From positions 62,001 to 94,832 of the forward strand of contig JAPEUI010000069.1 of assembly GCA_026025075.1 (NCBI GenBank): a stretch of 32,832 nucleotides of DNA. The letters run 5' to 3'. Origin of the DNA: Vezdaea acicularis. Lineage: Eukaryota. Shown one piece after another: positions 1-11,224 of the stretch. Below the pieces are notes generated by a model that saw only the letters and a program-made list of their open reading frames with translations, was not told the DNA's origin and ran no database searches. The stretch's first letter is position 1; every line of letters begins with the position of its first letter. The translations under genes were made by a program, and so were the position numbers.

Positions 1-939
1 TAGTGGTCGACCTCCCGATTTGATAGTTCGAAACGGTGGTTTTAAGACCCTTGACGACGAGATTTATTTGCACGATGAGAACCACCAAGAAAGGGGAGCG
101 CTCAAGTGGATATTCTGACTCAAGGATACAAGCACGTGGACTTGCTTGTCATCGAAGTTAGGGTACAGCCGGCCATTTAGTGGAAGCAGTACAAGGTGCA
201 TTTCTTGACAAGATAGAGGCACCGAGTCGATGGCGTTAATTTGATGCACTGGCAATACGCTTTAAAGCCTGTGTACAATCAATTAAGACCGAAACGACAA
301 ATAGGAAACAGGAAAGTCCTGACAGATAATAGCGTTTTCCCCAGCCGTAGTAAGCTGAAGGAGCGTTCAGGAGAAGAGAGAAAGACATGCCAAGATGTTG
401 GCATATGTTGTTGAGACTCATAGGATTTAATGAATGGCCAGGAGGTCTGAGAAAAGAATAGTTTCTTTCCCTCGAAGAAAATCTTTCCGCCATGTCAGTT
501 GAGCAGTCCATAAGTGCCGCCTCACAAAACTATATTCAAGGTTACCTCTCAGAACAGGTCCTAATGTAGATAGATTGAGAAGGTCTTCAGATCAGTCCGA
601 ATCCGGTAGTCATGGATTTAATGGGGTGGAATCTTGCCAAAATCAAACATAACTGAGGAGCGATTGGTGCTTAACTCGGCAGTGATAACCTAAGGTTAAG
701 GTCGCGACTCCCGTGACCTGTCACACAGGTAAAATACTTGTGTATGACTCTTAGCTTGATGGGAGTAAAAATCCGAAATCAAAACGAAAGAGTAAGCTGA
801 TGTTTTTGGCGTGCTGCTTGGGGTCTGTGTGTTAGATTGCTGTGCGCTAATTGTGCCCCTCCGCAACATTCGACCTTGAGGCACACTACAAAGAAGTGTC
901 TCTACAAGAAGTTTCTAACAATCCAATTTCACTTTCAAT

Positions 940-2592
940 ATGTCATCGGCAGCTTCGGAGGACCCAATCCCCACGCAACCGTCAAAAAATGCACTAAGAA
1001 AAGCAGCAAAAGAGGCGGAAAAAGTGAAGAAGAAAGAAGCAGCGCGGCAACTAGAGCAACAACAGACCAAGCTTGCAGCACAGGACACATCCGCAGACCG
1101 TTATGGGAAAATCTCCGCTGAAGCCACCCCGGTCTTACTGACATCTCTCACGGACCTGCCTGGAAAAGTGGGCGAATCGGTGACGATTGACGTATTTCTT
1201 CATAATGCTCGAAATCAATCCGCAAAGCTTAGTTTCCTGCTTCTTCGGGGTGGCACTGGAACTACAGTGCAGGCTGTTGTGGCCGTAGGGGGAGAAAACA
1301 ATATTTCAAGACAGATGGTCAAGTGGGCAGGTTCGATTAATTGCGAGTCATACCTCCGAGTCACAGGTCTAGTCCTGGAGGCCCCTGAACCTATCAAATC
1401 AGCAACGCTATCAGGTGTGGAGTTGCACATCCAAAATATATATACCATTGCGCAAGCCATAACACAGCTACCTATACAAATTGATGACGCGATATTTGCG
1501 AACACTTTGAAGGCGGAAGCTGGAGAGGCCGATACTTCTGGCAGACCGACTATTGGTCTGGCAACAAGGCTTGACAATCGGGTTCTAGATTTGAGGGTTC
1601 CGGTCAACCAAGCTACTCTCATGATAAAGTCTGGCGTTGACATGCTCTTTTATGAGTTTATGGGCAAGAAAAAGTTCACACGGGTTCACACGCCTAGACT
1701 AATCGGAGGGGCTTCAGAAGGAGGGGCCAACGTTTTCACGGTTGACTACTTCGGACGCAAAGCGTTCTTAGCACAGAGTCCTCAGCTTTACAAGCAAATG
1801 TTGATTGGCAGTGGGCTAGAAGGCGTTTTTGAAGTAGGGCCTGTTTTCAGAGCAGAAAATAGCAACACACACCGCCATATGACGGAGGTGAAACCCTCCT
1901 CCATTTTCAGTTTATTACCCTTCTAACATCACAACCAGTTCACCGGCCTTGACTTTGAAATGCGGATTAAGAACCACTATCATGAGGTCATTGATGTCCT
2001 CGAAGAGCTTTTCCTCTTCATATTTCGTGAGCTCAAGATCAGATATTCAGATGAGCTGGCTGTTGTACGAAAGGCCTATCCGGTTGAAGAATTCTTAGTA
2101 CCGGAAGGCAAGATGTTGAGGCTGAATTTTGCCGATGGTATAAAGCTCCTCAAAGAAGACGGCATCAATATCAACGAGTACGAAGATCTTAGCACAGCTA
2201 ATGAGCGACGTCTTGGGGCTCTTATCCGCAACAAATACAAAACAGACTTCTATGTACTTGACCAATTCCCGCTTGAGATTCGCCCCTTCTACACTAAGTC
2301 TTCGCCGCATGACCCCAAACTATCAAACTCTTACGATTTCTTCATGAGAGGAGAAGAGATACTTTCCGGTGCGCAGCGTATTCACGATCAAGAAGAATTA
2401 ATTAATTCGATGAAGCTGAAAGGTGTTGACCCAAAGGATCTGAAAGATTATGTTGACGTATTTGGGTACGGAATGCCGCCCCATGGGGGTGGGGGCATTG
2501 GACTGGATCGAGTTGTATTTCTATTCCTTGGTCTGCCGAACATTCGACTCGCTACAGCATACCCAAGAGATCCCGTACGACTAATGCCTTAA
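940..2592 (+). CDS. DPS1: Cytosolic aspartyl-tRNA synthetase (class IIb), 2 exons (940-1887, 1939-2592), 533 aa
   Basis: Lys-rich N-terminal helix (SKNALRKAAKEAEK), OB-fold region, LDNRVLDLR, SEGGANVF, AFLAQSPQLYKQM, motif 2 (FRAENSNTHRHMTE|FTGLDFEM restored by removing the 51-nt intron 1888-1938, GTGAAA..CTAAC..CAG), EEILSGAQRIHD, motif 3 (PPHGGGGIGLDR). Confidence 0.97.
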
Positions 2593-2814
2593 GCAGCATC
2601 TTCGGTACCGAATCTTCTGAGGCTTGTCAGGAACGCTCATCAAATTACGTTAGGGAGACAATTTCGCGGTGATGAATCAACTACTGTCCCTTGCTTACAT
2701 GTTCTGCGTTGCGATTTCGCCATGACAATCAAAACATCGCCCGCTGTTCAGGGCTTGACTGTCATTAAAGAGGAAATCATGATGTAAAAGGACTGTATCG
2801 CAGATTGCTATCCT

Positions 2815-4095
2815 TCATCCTCTGAAAAGGTTTGGTGTGTCCCAGACTAGGCCATCTACAACTTCACAGCATCGCTCGCTCACAAATGTCCCATTACACC
2901 TGCACTCCATTGAGCCCACCGCCAGATCTCTCTTTCCGATCAAGTTCGACTTACAAGCCCCATGGCTGGCGTATGCCGCCAGGCCTAGTGTCGCTGAGCG
3001 TATTGCGGAGCAAACGCAGCCATTGAAGAACGAGCATTCCATATTACTTAAGCAATCTCCTCCACTACACCTCCGTGTTTCAATCCCCGTTTCCTTAGGC
3101 AATTGCGCTCGCCCACCTCTCACTGGATCAGGTCGAGCTCTGGGCTTAGGGTCTAGCGTCTGGAAGGCATCATGCCACAAACACTCCTCATACTTGCCAT
3201 TCGCTCCAGCTACACAGCCCTCTTCCTTCTCACCCAGGTAGCCCCAAAATGCTGAAGAGTCGTAAGTTCTTGTATACGCGGTTTCGTATAGAGGCGGGCC
3301 GAATATTGCGGTTACTTTTCCACCTTGTTCCCATGCGGTGACACCCTGCGTGCGGATATCTACACGACGCGCTGGTTTATGTACTTGCTCTGGGGGTTTG
3401 ACCGGCTTTCTGCATTTACATAACGTCTCGCATACCACGATAATGGGGTGATGCAAGGCAAATGCCTCATCCATGGCAGGCGGAGGGTGGCAGGTCACAT
3501 CTTCGGTCTCCCCAGGATGCGTGCATGCACAGCCAACATTTTGCGAGAGACCTCTTCGCGCGAATGTAGAGAGTCTTCCATTGCTTGAGGCAAACCGGCC
3601 AGTGAATGAGCAGAGATTGAAGAGGTCGGTATAATCGTTTCGCGAGCGGCCTTGCGGAAAGACTCGTTGAGGAGGGACGTCATAGGAGCCGCAGTCGATG
3701 AGGAGGTCCTTACGCTTGTAGTTGATACTAACAGGCGTCCATACGCGGGGTGGATACGGGTCTTGAATGGAGTCTGGGATCCAGGTCTGGTAATTCAATA
3801 TTGCGTCTCGTCTATCGGGAAAAGCTGCAAGGCGGTGCCGCATTCCGTGCTCGTTAGGGAAGTATCCTCCTCGGCCAGCATCGGGGAGCAGATTGTTTCT
3901 GAGGAAACCGGCTTGCCTATCCCGCGTGGCGACAACAAAACCAGCACAGAGAAGAAATATAGCCACAATCCTGAAGACAAAGCCCGTTGAGCATTGCAAA
4001 AGGCTTAAGACGAAGGCGAAGGGAGCGGAATGAGCCCTAATAAAGCAAAAGGACACATTATAAGGGAACAGCATGGAGCTGAGAAGCTTGGTCAT
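2815..4095 (-). CDS. Uncharacterised Cys-rich, probably secreted protein (426 aa ORF; true start uncertain, alternative ATG at 4074)
   Basis: Long uninterrupted ORF; hydrophobic N-terminal segment (FVFRIVAIFLLCAGFVVA); Cys clustered in modules separated by dibasic sites; C-terminal CRCNGTFVSERCC..DGLVW motif. No family I can name. Confidence 0.8.
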   Translation of the reverse strand: MTKLLSSMLFPYNVSFCFIRAHSAPFAFVLSLLQCSTGFVFRIVAIFLLCAGFVVATRDRQAGFLRNNLLPDAGRGGYFPNEHGMRHRLAAFPDRRDAILNYQTWIPDSIQDPYPPRVWTPVSINYKRKDLLIDCGSYDVPPQRVFPQGRSRNDYTDLFNLCSFTGRFASSNGRLSTFARRGLSQNVGCACTHPGETEDVTCHPPPAMDEAFALHHPIIVVCETLCKCRKPVKPPEQVHKPARRVDIRTQGVTAWEQGGKVTAIFGPPLYETAYTRTYDSSAFWGYLGEKEEGCVAGANGKYEECLWHDAFQTLDPKPRARPDPVRGGRAQLPKETGIETRRCSGGDCLSNMECSFFNGCVCSAIRSATLGLAAYASHGACKSNLIGKRDLAVGSMECRCNGTFVSERCCEVVDGLVWDTPNLFRG

Positions 4096-5110
4096 TGGTA
4101 CTCTCTAGTAGAGCAAGGGAAAGGAACACCATGGCGTACAGGTATTACCAAGCGTCGTAGTTTCTACGTTCTCGAAGCATGGAAAATTGGCATGCCAGAC
4201 TCTGTCTAGTAAAAAGAGCTGCACTTTTTTTTAAAAAAGACAAGAGATAGATTGTAGGACGAAATTTGGAGGGCGTGGTGCACTGGCTTCAGACGATAAG
4301 AAAGAGAGTCAAAGCTTGACTGATTGTTGGTAATAGCTTCAAAGGTTCACAAATAACATTGAACTAGGAATGGCACGCGCCTTGTTTTCCCGGGTGGAAG
4401 ATACGAGGGTTAGCACGACATGCGCTTGTTTCGAGCTTAGACCGAGTTGTGGCTTTGCTAAAATTCAACTGGCATTCACAGGACTGTCCTACATGAGCCG
4501 CAAGGGATCATAGCCGTCAGAGGTGGCATGAATGACGTAAATGCCGCAACCTGCACTGATAGCCTGCCTCATGCTCGGGGGAGGGAAAAGACAATATTCG
4601 CGCCAAGACGATAGCCATATTAAATCGTGGCGATGCTATCCGTAATGAACTGGCAAACGAAATGGCCAAATCAACGGACGTAGCCATAAGACTCGCGATT
4701 GAATCAGGCTTGAGATAAAGCAGGTGCAATAACATTTTTATGTCACCTCCTGTATCAAGACTGCATGCGCGAAGAGATTAGAGGCTCCCGTCACAAAATC
4801 AAAAGCCTATAGGAACAGTAAGAGAAAAATCCTGCAACATGTTGCAATATCCTGAATGCTATAAGAACGCCGTCCAAGGTGACTTGTAACTGCCGATGAT
4901 TCAAAGATGTTTCGTAAAGGTCCTTCGAAGCGAACGCTCGGTCCACCTCCTAACACGTCTCCGAATCCTTCCCAGACACAACACCCAGCCATCTTCCTTT
5001 CTCCTCTAGCAAACATACGGTTGAACCAAACTTCTTATTGGCCCGTCTCAGTGATTGTTTTCTGTGAAGCCATTATGCACAGATGTTAATGCTGATGGCT
5101 GGGGTTCCGA

Positions 5111-6103
5111 TCAAGGCTCATGGTTCCGCCTTGTCCCATTAGGAAGACGGACCTTGTTAGGCGCAGGTGGCGCCGAAATGTCGCTTGCATTTAAATCCGT
5201 ACCTGCATAGTCCCTGGTGCCATTGGAATGACCCTGTTCCAAATCCCGGTCTAACGCATCTTTCTCGCTTTCTTGACCCGGGTTTGCCGTCTCATACTCG
5301 AGCGCCTTGATAAAGTAATAGAACGCAGAGGCAAGAAGTGAGCCCAAGATGGGGCCAACCCAATACAGCCAATGATAATGATGAAACTGGTGGGTGACCA
5401 CTGAGGGAGCAAATGATCTAGCCGGATTGAGAGATCCCCCTGTGAAGTAAACGCCCGTGAGCTCAGCTATGAACAATGAAAGACCAATGCCGACGGGGGC
5501 GATATAGGTGGACTTATGCTTTTCGGCAGCGAGCATGAATATTGTGAATACCAGTTGTGCGGTGAGAAACATCTCAATGAACAGGCCTTGAGCAATAGTC
5601 GTACCTCCACCAAGACTCGTCCGTACAGAAAGGTCTCCAGGAAAAAGTGCCGAGACCACCGCTGCACTGGATAGAGCTCCTAGCATTTGTGCAAAAAACA
5701 ATACAATGCCACGCATGATTGGTAGGGCTCCGATAAGACACATGCCAAGTGTGACCGCTGGATTGAATAAGCCACCACTGATCCTGAAGAACACCCAAGC
5801 ATTGACAGCTAGAGAGAAGCCAAAGCATAAAGATATGTACAACAGCCTAGCCGTATCTGCCTGGGCATTTGCTGGTGTGGCAGGTTGACCCGGAGTTGGA
5901 GCGGTCCCGACTAATGCCACCTGAGTGCCGGAGAAGGCGGTAAAAAGAAAGAGAAAGGTGCCAGCAAACTCCCCAGCGCCAGCAACAAAGTGTTTCCTTG
6001 TAGAGTCGGAGGCCCAATTCAACAAAGGAAGTCGTTTTGAGTTCATGGGAGCAGCTGACGACTCCGGACGCCTCCAAAAATGCGTTGGAGCACTATTGTT
6101 CAT
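5111..6103 (-). CDS. Aquaporin (MIP family, fungal orthodox/AQY-like class), single exon, 330 aa
   Basis: Two NPA boxes (SGGLFNPAVT, GGSLNPARSF), GEFAGTFLF in TM1, FIEMFLTAQLVFTI in TM4, HWLYWVGP in TM6; six hydrophobic helices. Confidence 0.96.
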   Translation of the reverse strand: MNNSAPTHFWRRPESSAAPMNSKRLPLLNWASDSTRKHFVAGAGEFAGTFLFLFTAFSGTQVALVGTAPTPGQPATPANAQADTARLLYISLCFGFSLAVNAWVFFRISGGLFNPAVTLGMCLIGALPIMRGIVLFFAQMLGALSSAAVVSALFPGDLSVRTSLGGGTTIAQGLFIEMFLTAQLVFTIFMLAAEKHKSTYIAPVGIGLSLFIAELTGVYFTGGSLNPARSFAPSVVTHQFHHYHWLYWVGPILGSLLASAFYYFIKALEYETANPGQESEKDALDRDLEQGHSNGTRDYAGTDLNASDISAPPAPNKVRLPNGTRRNHEP

Positions 6104-7539
6104 CGTCGTCGGATTCGAGTATCCTCGAGATATAAAGTAGGAGGCAGACGTCTGCTATAAACTTCAGACAGATGCAGTTGACTGATCAAAACGGATGCAC
6201 GAGAGATGAAAGTCAAAAAAAACAATAGAGGCGCGGAGTTAATTGATGTAATTGAAAAGAAAAAAAGGGACGCTGCAGCTCATAATTGCCATTAACGGCT
6301 GAAAAATGCCGGGCGTGGCCTGTGTGATAATGACGGAGGATCAACAATGCCCCCATCCTTTTTGAAAGTGGCCATCATTGCATTTCTTCAATAGCTGTGG
6401 CTCCCGGAATAAAACTCCGGGATAGTAGTCTACTGGCTTGCTGCGCAATGATGCGTAGCATGTCGATCTTACAAAGGATCCAATAAGCCCCTTCAGCTCT
6501 AAGTCTGCATCCGTTTTGGGCGAAGAGAAATGCTTGGAAGTGACATATTTGGTAATGATGTGTCTAGTAAAGCTATGCACGGATGCCAATCTGCAATGAG
6601 CTACTAGATCCCTTCTGAAGGTCTATTCGTACACTATTCGAGGTAGGTAGCCTCGTCTGTGTTATCCTAATTTTGACGAATAAAAGCTGCTTCGTCAACA
6701 TTGCGTCAGTGCACTGCTTGGCCATTATGACTTCGGTAAGCCATGTCCTAATCTTGATTGGGTCTTTCTTTCGGGAACCTAAAGCATGGACCCCGACGGT
6801 CCGTGAAGAGTCCACTTTCTGGCCTAGTAAATTGTCGGCCTCATGCAACAGCATTCAAATGACAATGAAAGTCAGCGTCTCTTTAGCATTGGTAGGGCTT
6901 GGCGGCTTGAAAAAACGATCCAATGAGATTGATATACTAGGAATGGGTAACAGATAAGTGACCGGATTAGCAAATAGCGCAATCGCATAGTGACTTCAAG
7001 ACCAATCTCTGTATACTTGAGATGATCGGATCATGTGGATAATCCAATTGCATATCTCGCCTATGATTGTTTTGTCCCGGGCATGATATGTGGCTTATCA
7101 AGGTTGTGGCTGGTGCCTATGTCGCTAAGACTTTTGGACTCTACGAGTTACATGATGAAGCAATCGTAAAAACCGATCAGTTTTCTGGTTAGATCCTCAG
7201 AAGACTATGAGGAGATCAGGATCCCTAACCTGAGCTTGAAATTTCCAAATAATTTGAATCAAAGTTGTGGTCTGGGTCAAACCAGGGGTGAAAATCAGTG
7301 GAGGGCAAAGTACGCCTTGTTCGCGAAGGCAGGAAAAGTCTCGCGTGCGTGGAGGGAGTTGCTTCCATAACGGGCCCTAACAGATCTTTCGATGAGCTCT
7401 CTATCGCAACGTCTACCAAGAGAGCCGCAGGTCTCGAGAGAGATCACGACTGGCTTCTCTACAGCTTGCGCGCATCTTTGGTCCTTCTCATTTCGATAGA
7501 TGACAGTCGGCTGTGATCGTCTTGAGCTGAATCGTCATC

Positions 7540-10463
7540 ATGCGGCCCCTAAGGCTCATCCTCTTAATCGTCACCTGCATTGTCCTACCTACAACACTAT
7601 TCCTTGCGATCCTACAGTCTTCGAATGCACCGCGAGGTTTGTCTCTCTCAGATACGGAAGTTCCTCGAAAGCGTGGCTTTAAAGCACTCTTCTCATTTAC
7701 CACACCATCATCATTGTTTCCGCCATCTGCGATCATAAGTCTTGCAGATGATAACTCAACATTCTTCGTTGCCCGACCTGCTGCATTTGGACCATTGCTT
7801 CCCTCAGATGGTTTGAGTGGGCAGCTATGGGTTGGTAGTGGATTTGGGGACGATAATTCTCGGAAAGGTGGAGCGTCTATGGGCGTTGAGGGGGAATTGG
7901 GTTGCTCCGATGCGCCTGGTTGGCATGATGGAACTGGTCAGCACGATGCTCTTGACGATTCCATGGCCAGGCCGAAGAAATCAGAGGTTAACACAGGATT
8001 ACTGCAACCTAGCAAAAGCACCAAAGGCGGGCAAAATAAACGATCGGTCAACGGGCACCGCGATATTGACGTTCTAAGACGCGGCTCACCTCAAGATTCA
8101 GAGGATGTTTTAAGTAGTGACGGGACAGATGACTATCTGCACCTACGCTATGCTAAATACAATGTTGCGATAGCTTCAGAAGCATCTGAGGAAAGCAAAA
8201 AAGCAACAGAGCATGCCGACATCCAGTCATTGCAAGAGAGTGCCGAGATTGCGGGGAAGGTCGTGCTTCTCAGCAGAGGTGGATGTGGGTTCCTAGAGAA
8301 AGTCAAATGGACACAGCGTCGGGGAGGGATCGCCCTAATCGTCGGGGACAATACCCGTGGGGGTGGACTTGTCACGATGTACGCTCGAGGAGACACATCC
8401 AATGTGTCGATTCCTGCAATTTTCACGTCTCATACGACTGCACATCTTCTCTCGTCCTTAGTACCGCCCGAAAAGCCTGCCGAGGAGAATCTGCCTGGTG
8501 AGAAGCAGAAATCTCCTGGAGGTCAACAAACTGGAAAAAGAAAGGGAAGTTCAAGCAAGAACAAATACCAGCTTGAAGGACCTACCTTCACTACTAAAAG
8601 CAGCGCGCATAAGGGGACGCCGCGGCCACAGCCAACAAAGAAAGGGTCCGTTGACAAAAGAGCGGGGGCCTCAAGTTATGACACGCCATTTCAGTCCCAG
8701 GAGGAGCTAGGTTTCCTTGGGAAGGTATGGTCCTGTTTCCGGCAAAAGATGAAAACCAATGAAGTATTGACTGTCGAGATGGATAATCGCCGACCCCCAG
8801 CCAGTGGAGAGCACGACTGGATTCTTGTCGAAGACTGGGCGGAAGACGAGCTCCCGTCGAATGGGAAGGATGTGGAGTCATCTTATAACAAAGGACAAAT
8901 CGATAAAGTGCGAGACGTCGGCCAAACAGATACCTTGAATGGCCTGTTGCAAGGGTCAGCGTCCGAAGATGACTTCGTAATCGGGGTTCACGACTGGCGA
9001 GACCCTGACTTAGTTGGGGCTTTGCCTCATTCGGCAACCAAGAAAGGAGCTCAGGAGCCTCCTGAGCATGCCACTAAAGTGTTTGGAAAATCGTCACCGT
9101 ATGGATCTCTCGTGAAGCCTAGCCCCAACACAAACGCAAAAGGGGGGTTTAAAGACAGGCAGGGTGCAGAGTTTCGTGGGGGCAGTATCACGCCAGGAAG
9201 TGGCGAATACGAAAAGCAAGTGAATGGCAATGATGAAACTCTTAAGGATAAAGTACGAAAGCGTCCCCTACGTAAAACATCCCAGAGCGATTACAGCAAC
9301 TCAGAAGTTGAAGAGGAAGGCTGGATTAGCGATTTCTCATGGTTCACCAAGCACGAGGAACTCACAAATCGACGTACAACAGAAAGCAAGGATGGGCAGG
9401 TGGAGACTATCAACATCAATCATGGACCGCAGGGTGAAGAAGTGAATGCTCATCATGATCCTGAAGAAGAGCGAGATGGACTTTGGGTGACTCTTACGCC
9501 CACGAGCATGTCCACCAGCCCATTCTTTGATACGCTCTTAGTCCTTGTAGTTAGCCCGTTGGTCACGCTGACTGTCGTATACGCGCTTCTTTTACTAAGG
9601 TCACGAATTCGCAGACGGCGATGGCGAGCCCCAAAATCAGTTGTGGAACGGCTTCCTGTTCGCACTTATCACATTGCACCTTCATCCACTAGCTCTTTGA
9701 CAACACGGGCTGTCACCTCACAGTCATCTTCTCCTGTATCTTCGCTGGCTTTGGCAGAGGCATCGCCAAGTTCACGGCCTAGACCTCGGTCACGGACTAC
9801 AATGGGCATACCTACTTACGGAACCTCTCCATCAACGGCATTCAATACCGTACAAGAAGCCGACGACGATCCTGACTCGTCAGAAGATGAAAGAAAGGGA
9901 GAAGATGGCTGGAAACGTCCTTATACTGGGAAACAGATTGAATGTGTGGTTTGCCTAGAAGAATATATTGACGGAGTGAGCAAAGTTATGAGCCTACCAT
10001 GTGGGCACGAATTCCACGCGGAGTGCATGTATGCGGCGAACTTATTCTATTACAGCTGATTTACAGTATTGCTAACTTCATAACCTATAGTACGCCATGG
10101 CTTACCACCCGGCGACGCACATGCCCCATCTGTAAGGGCGACGTAGTCCGGTCTCTTGCTAGGGGACAGAATCGATATCCACCCTATCGGGACGATCCCG
10201 GACAGGACGTTCAGACGCAAGCAGCCCTTGCGACAAACGACTCGCTTTCATCCGCAATGCCCATCCCACAACCGGACAGTACGGTTGGTGAAGATGATCT
10301 TGAGCGTGGTCACAACAACGTGTCAAGCCCGGACGTATCAAGTTCGCTTCGGAACCGATGGAGCCGGCTTGGGATAATGAGCTTGGAAAGTCTTAGAGGG
10401 TTTTCCGCTGTGTTGAGTGGTGAATCGAACCATCAGCCAGTACAAGAAGATCGACAACCATGA
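7540..10463 (+). CDS. PA-domain / transmembrane / RING-H2 E3 ubiquitin ligase (PA-TM-RING type), 2 exons (7540-10028, 10091-10463), 953 aa
   Basis: N-terminal signal/anchor, PA core (GKVVLLSRGGCGFLEKV..GGIALIVGDN), TM helix LLVLVVSPLVTLTVVYALLLL followed by RSRIRRRR, RING-H2 CVVC..LPCGHEFHAEC|ITPWLTTRRRTCPICK completed across the 62-nt intron 10029-10090 (GTATGC..CTAAC..TAG). Confidence 0.93.
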
Positions 10464-11224
10464 TAAAGATAGCATTGAAAGCAAGAGCGACTGTTAGCTT
10501 CTTGACTGTTCGTGGTTACAACAGCGACTGTTTTTACATTTGCTGTGCTTTCATGAAATGAGGAGTAATTCTGATCACCCTGGGAGCCCGGAGCATAGCG
10601 TTTGAGTCATACCCTTTTTTGGCCTGGTAATCTCTGATATCAAAGCATTCATAATGGGCGGAGTATCTGACATAGCTGCCGAAGTGGCACAAGCATCGCC
10701 CCTTTTCTGTAACGTACGGTTAAGCAGATTTTATTACGACATGATCTCAGCTCAACTTCCACGCTCGTTGATGTAATTCCCAGAGCGTTTTCACCGTGAC
10801 ACTGGTCCGAAAGTGAGACGCAGGCGAAGAGAAAAACATTACTTGTTCAGAAAATAACTTGTTATGAATGCCCGTTCTATACCTCCACTGCGACAAGGAC
10901 AATTTTTCAGCATCTCCGACTAGTAAGGATGGCGTGCGGCGTTGGAAGGCGCAGTCAAGGAAGGCTGCTTCGGAGCACCGTCTGCTCGCTGTGAGATATC
11001 TTTCAGTAAGAGCATTACCAACATGATGCGCATCGTGGTGAACTTTGCCTTTCAATAGAGAACTGTCAAATACAACACCGGTCTTACACGTTCCACCACT
11101 AACACTACACTAAGTGACCATCTCAAAGCTGGAGCTTGCCCTAACTGCTCTCACCTTCACTTCATTACGCATTTGCTACTTTGACACCCCTTTGCAGTCA
11201 ATATTGAGCACTCTGTTCGCTACC

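Noticed and set aside
2..118. Open plus-strand frame at the window edge (SGRPPDLIVRNGGFKTLDDEIYLHDENHQERGALKWIF*) as the 3' end of a gene
   Set aside because: Only 39 codons, no recognisable motif, and upstream context is missing.
1960..2592. Second ORF as a separate gene or frameshifted aspartyl-tRNA synthetase
   Set aside because: A canonical 51-nt intron joins it to the first ORF. The same applies to the split ORFs of the other multi-exon genes.
4571..4717. 48-aa helical-looking plus-strand ORF (MLGEGKDNIRAKTIAILNRGDAIRNELANEM..)
   Set aside because: Short, no convincing flanking intron, no family resemblance.
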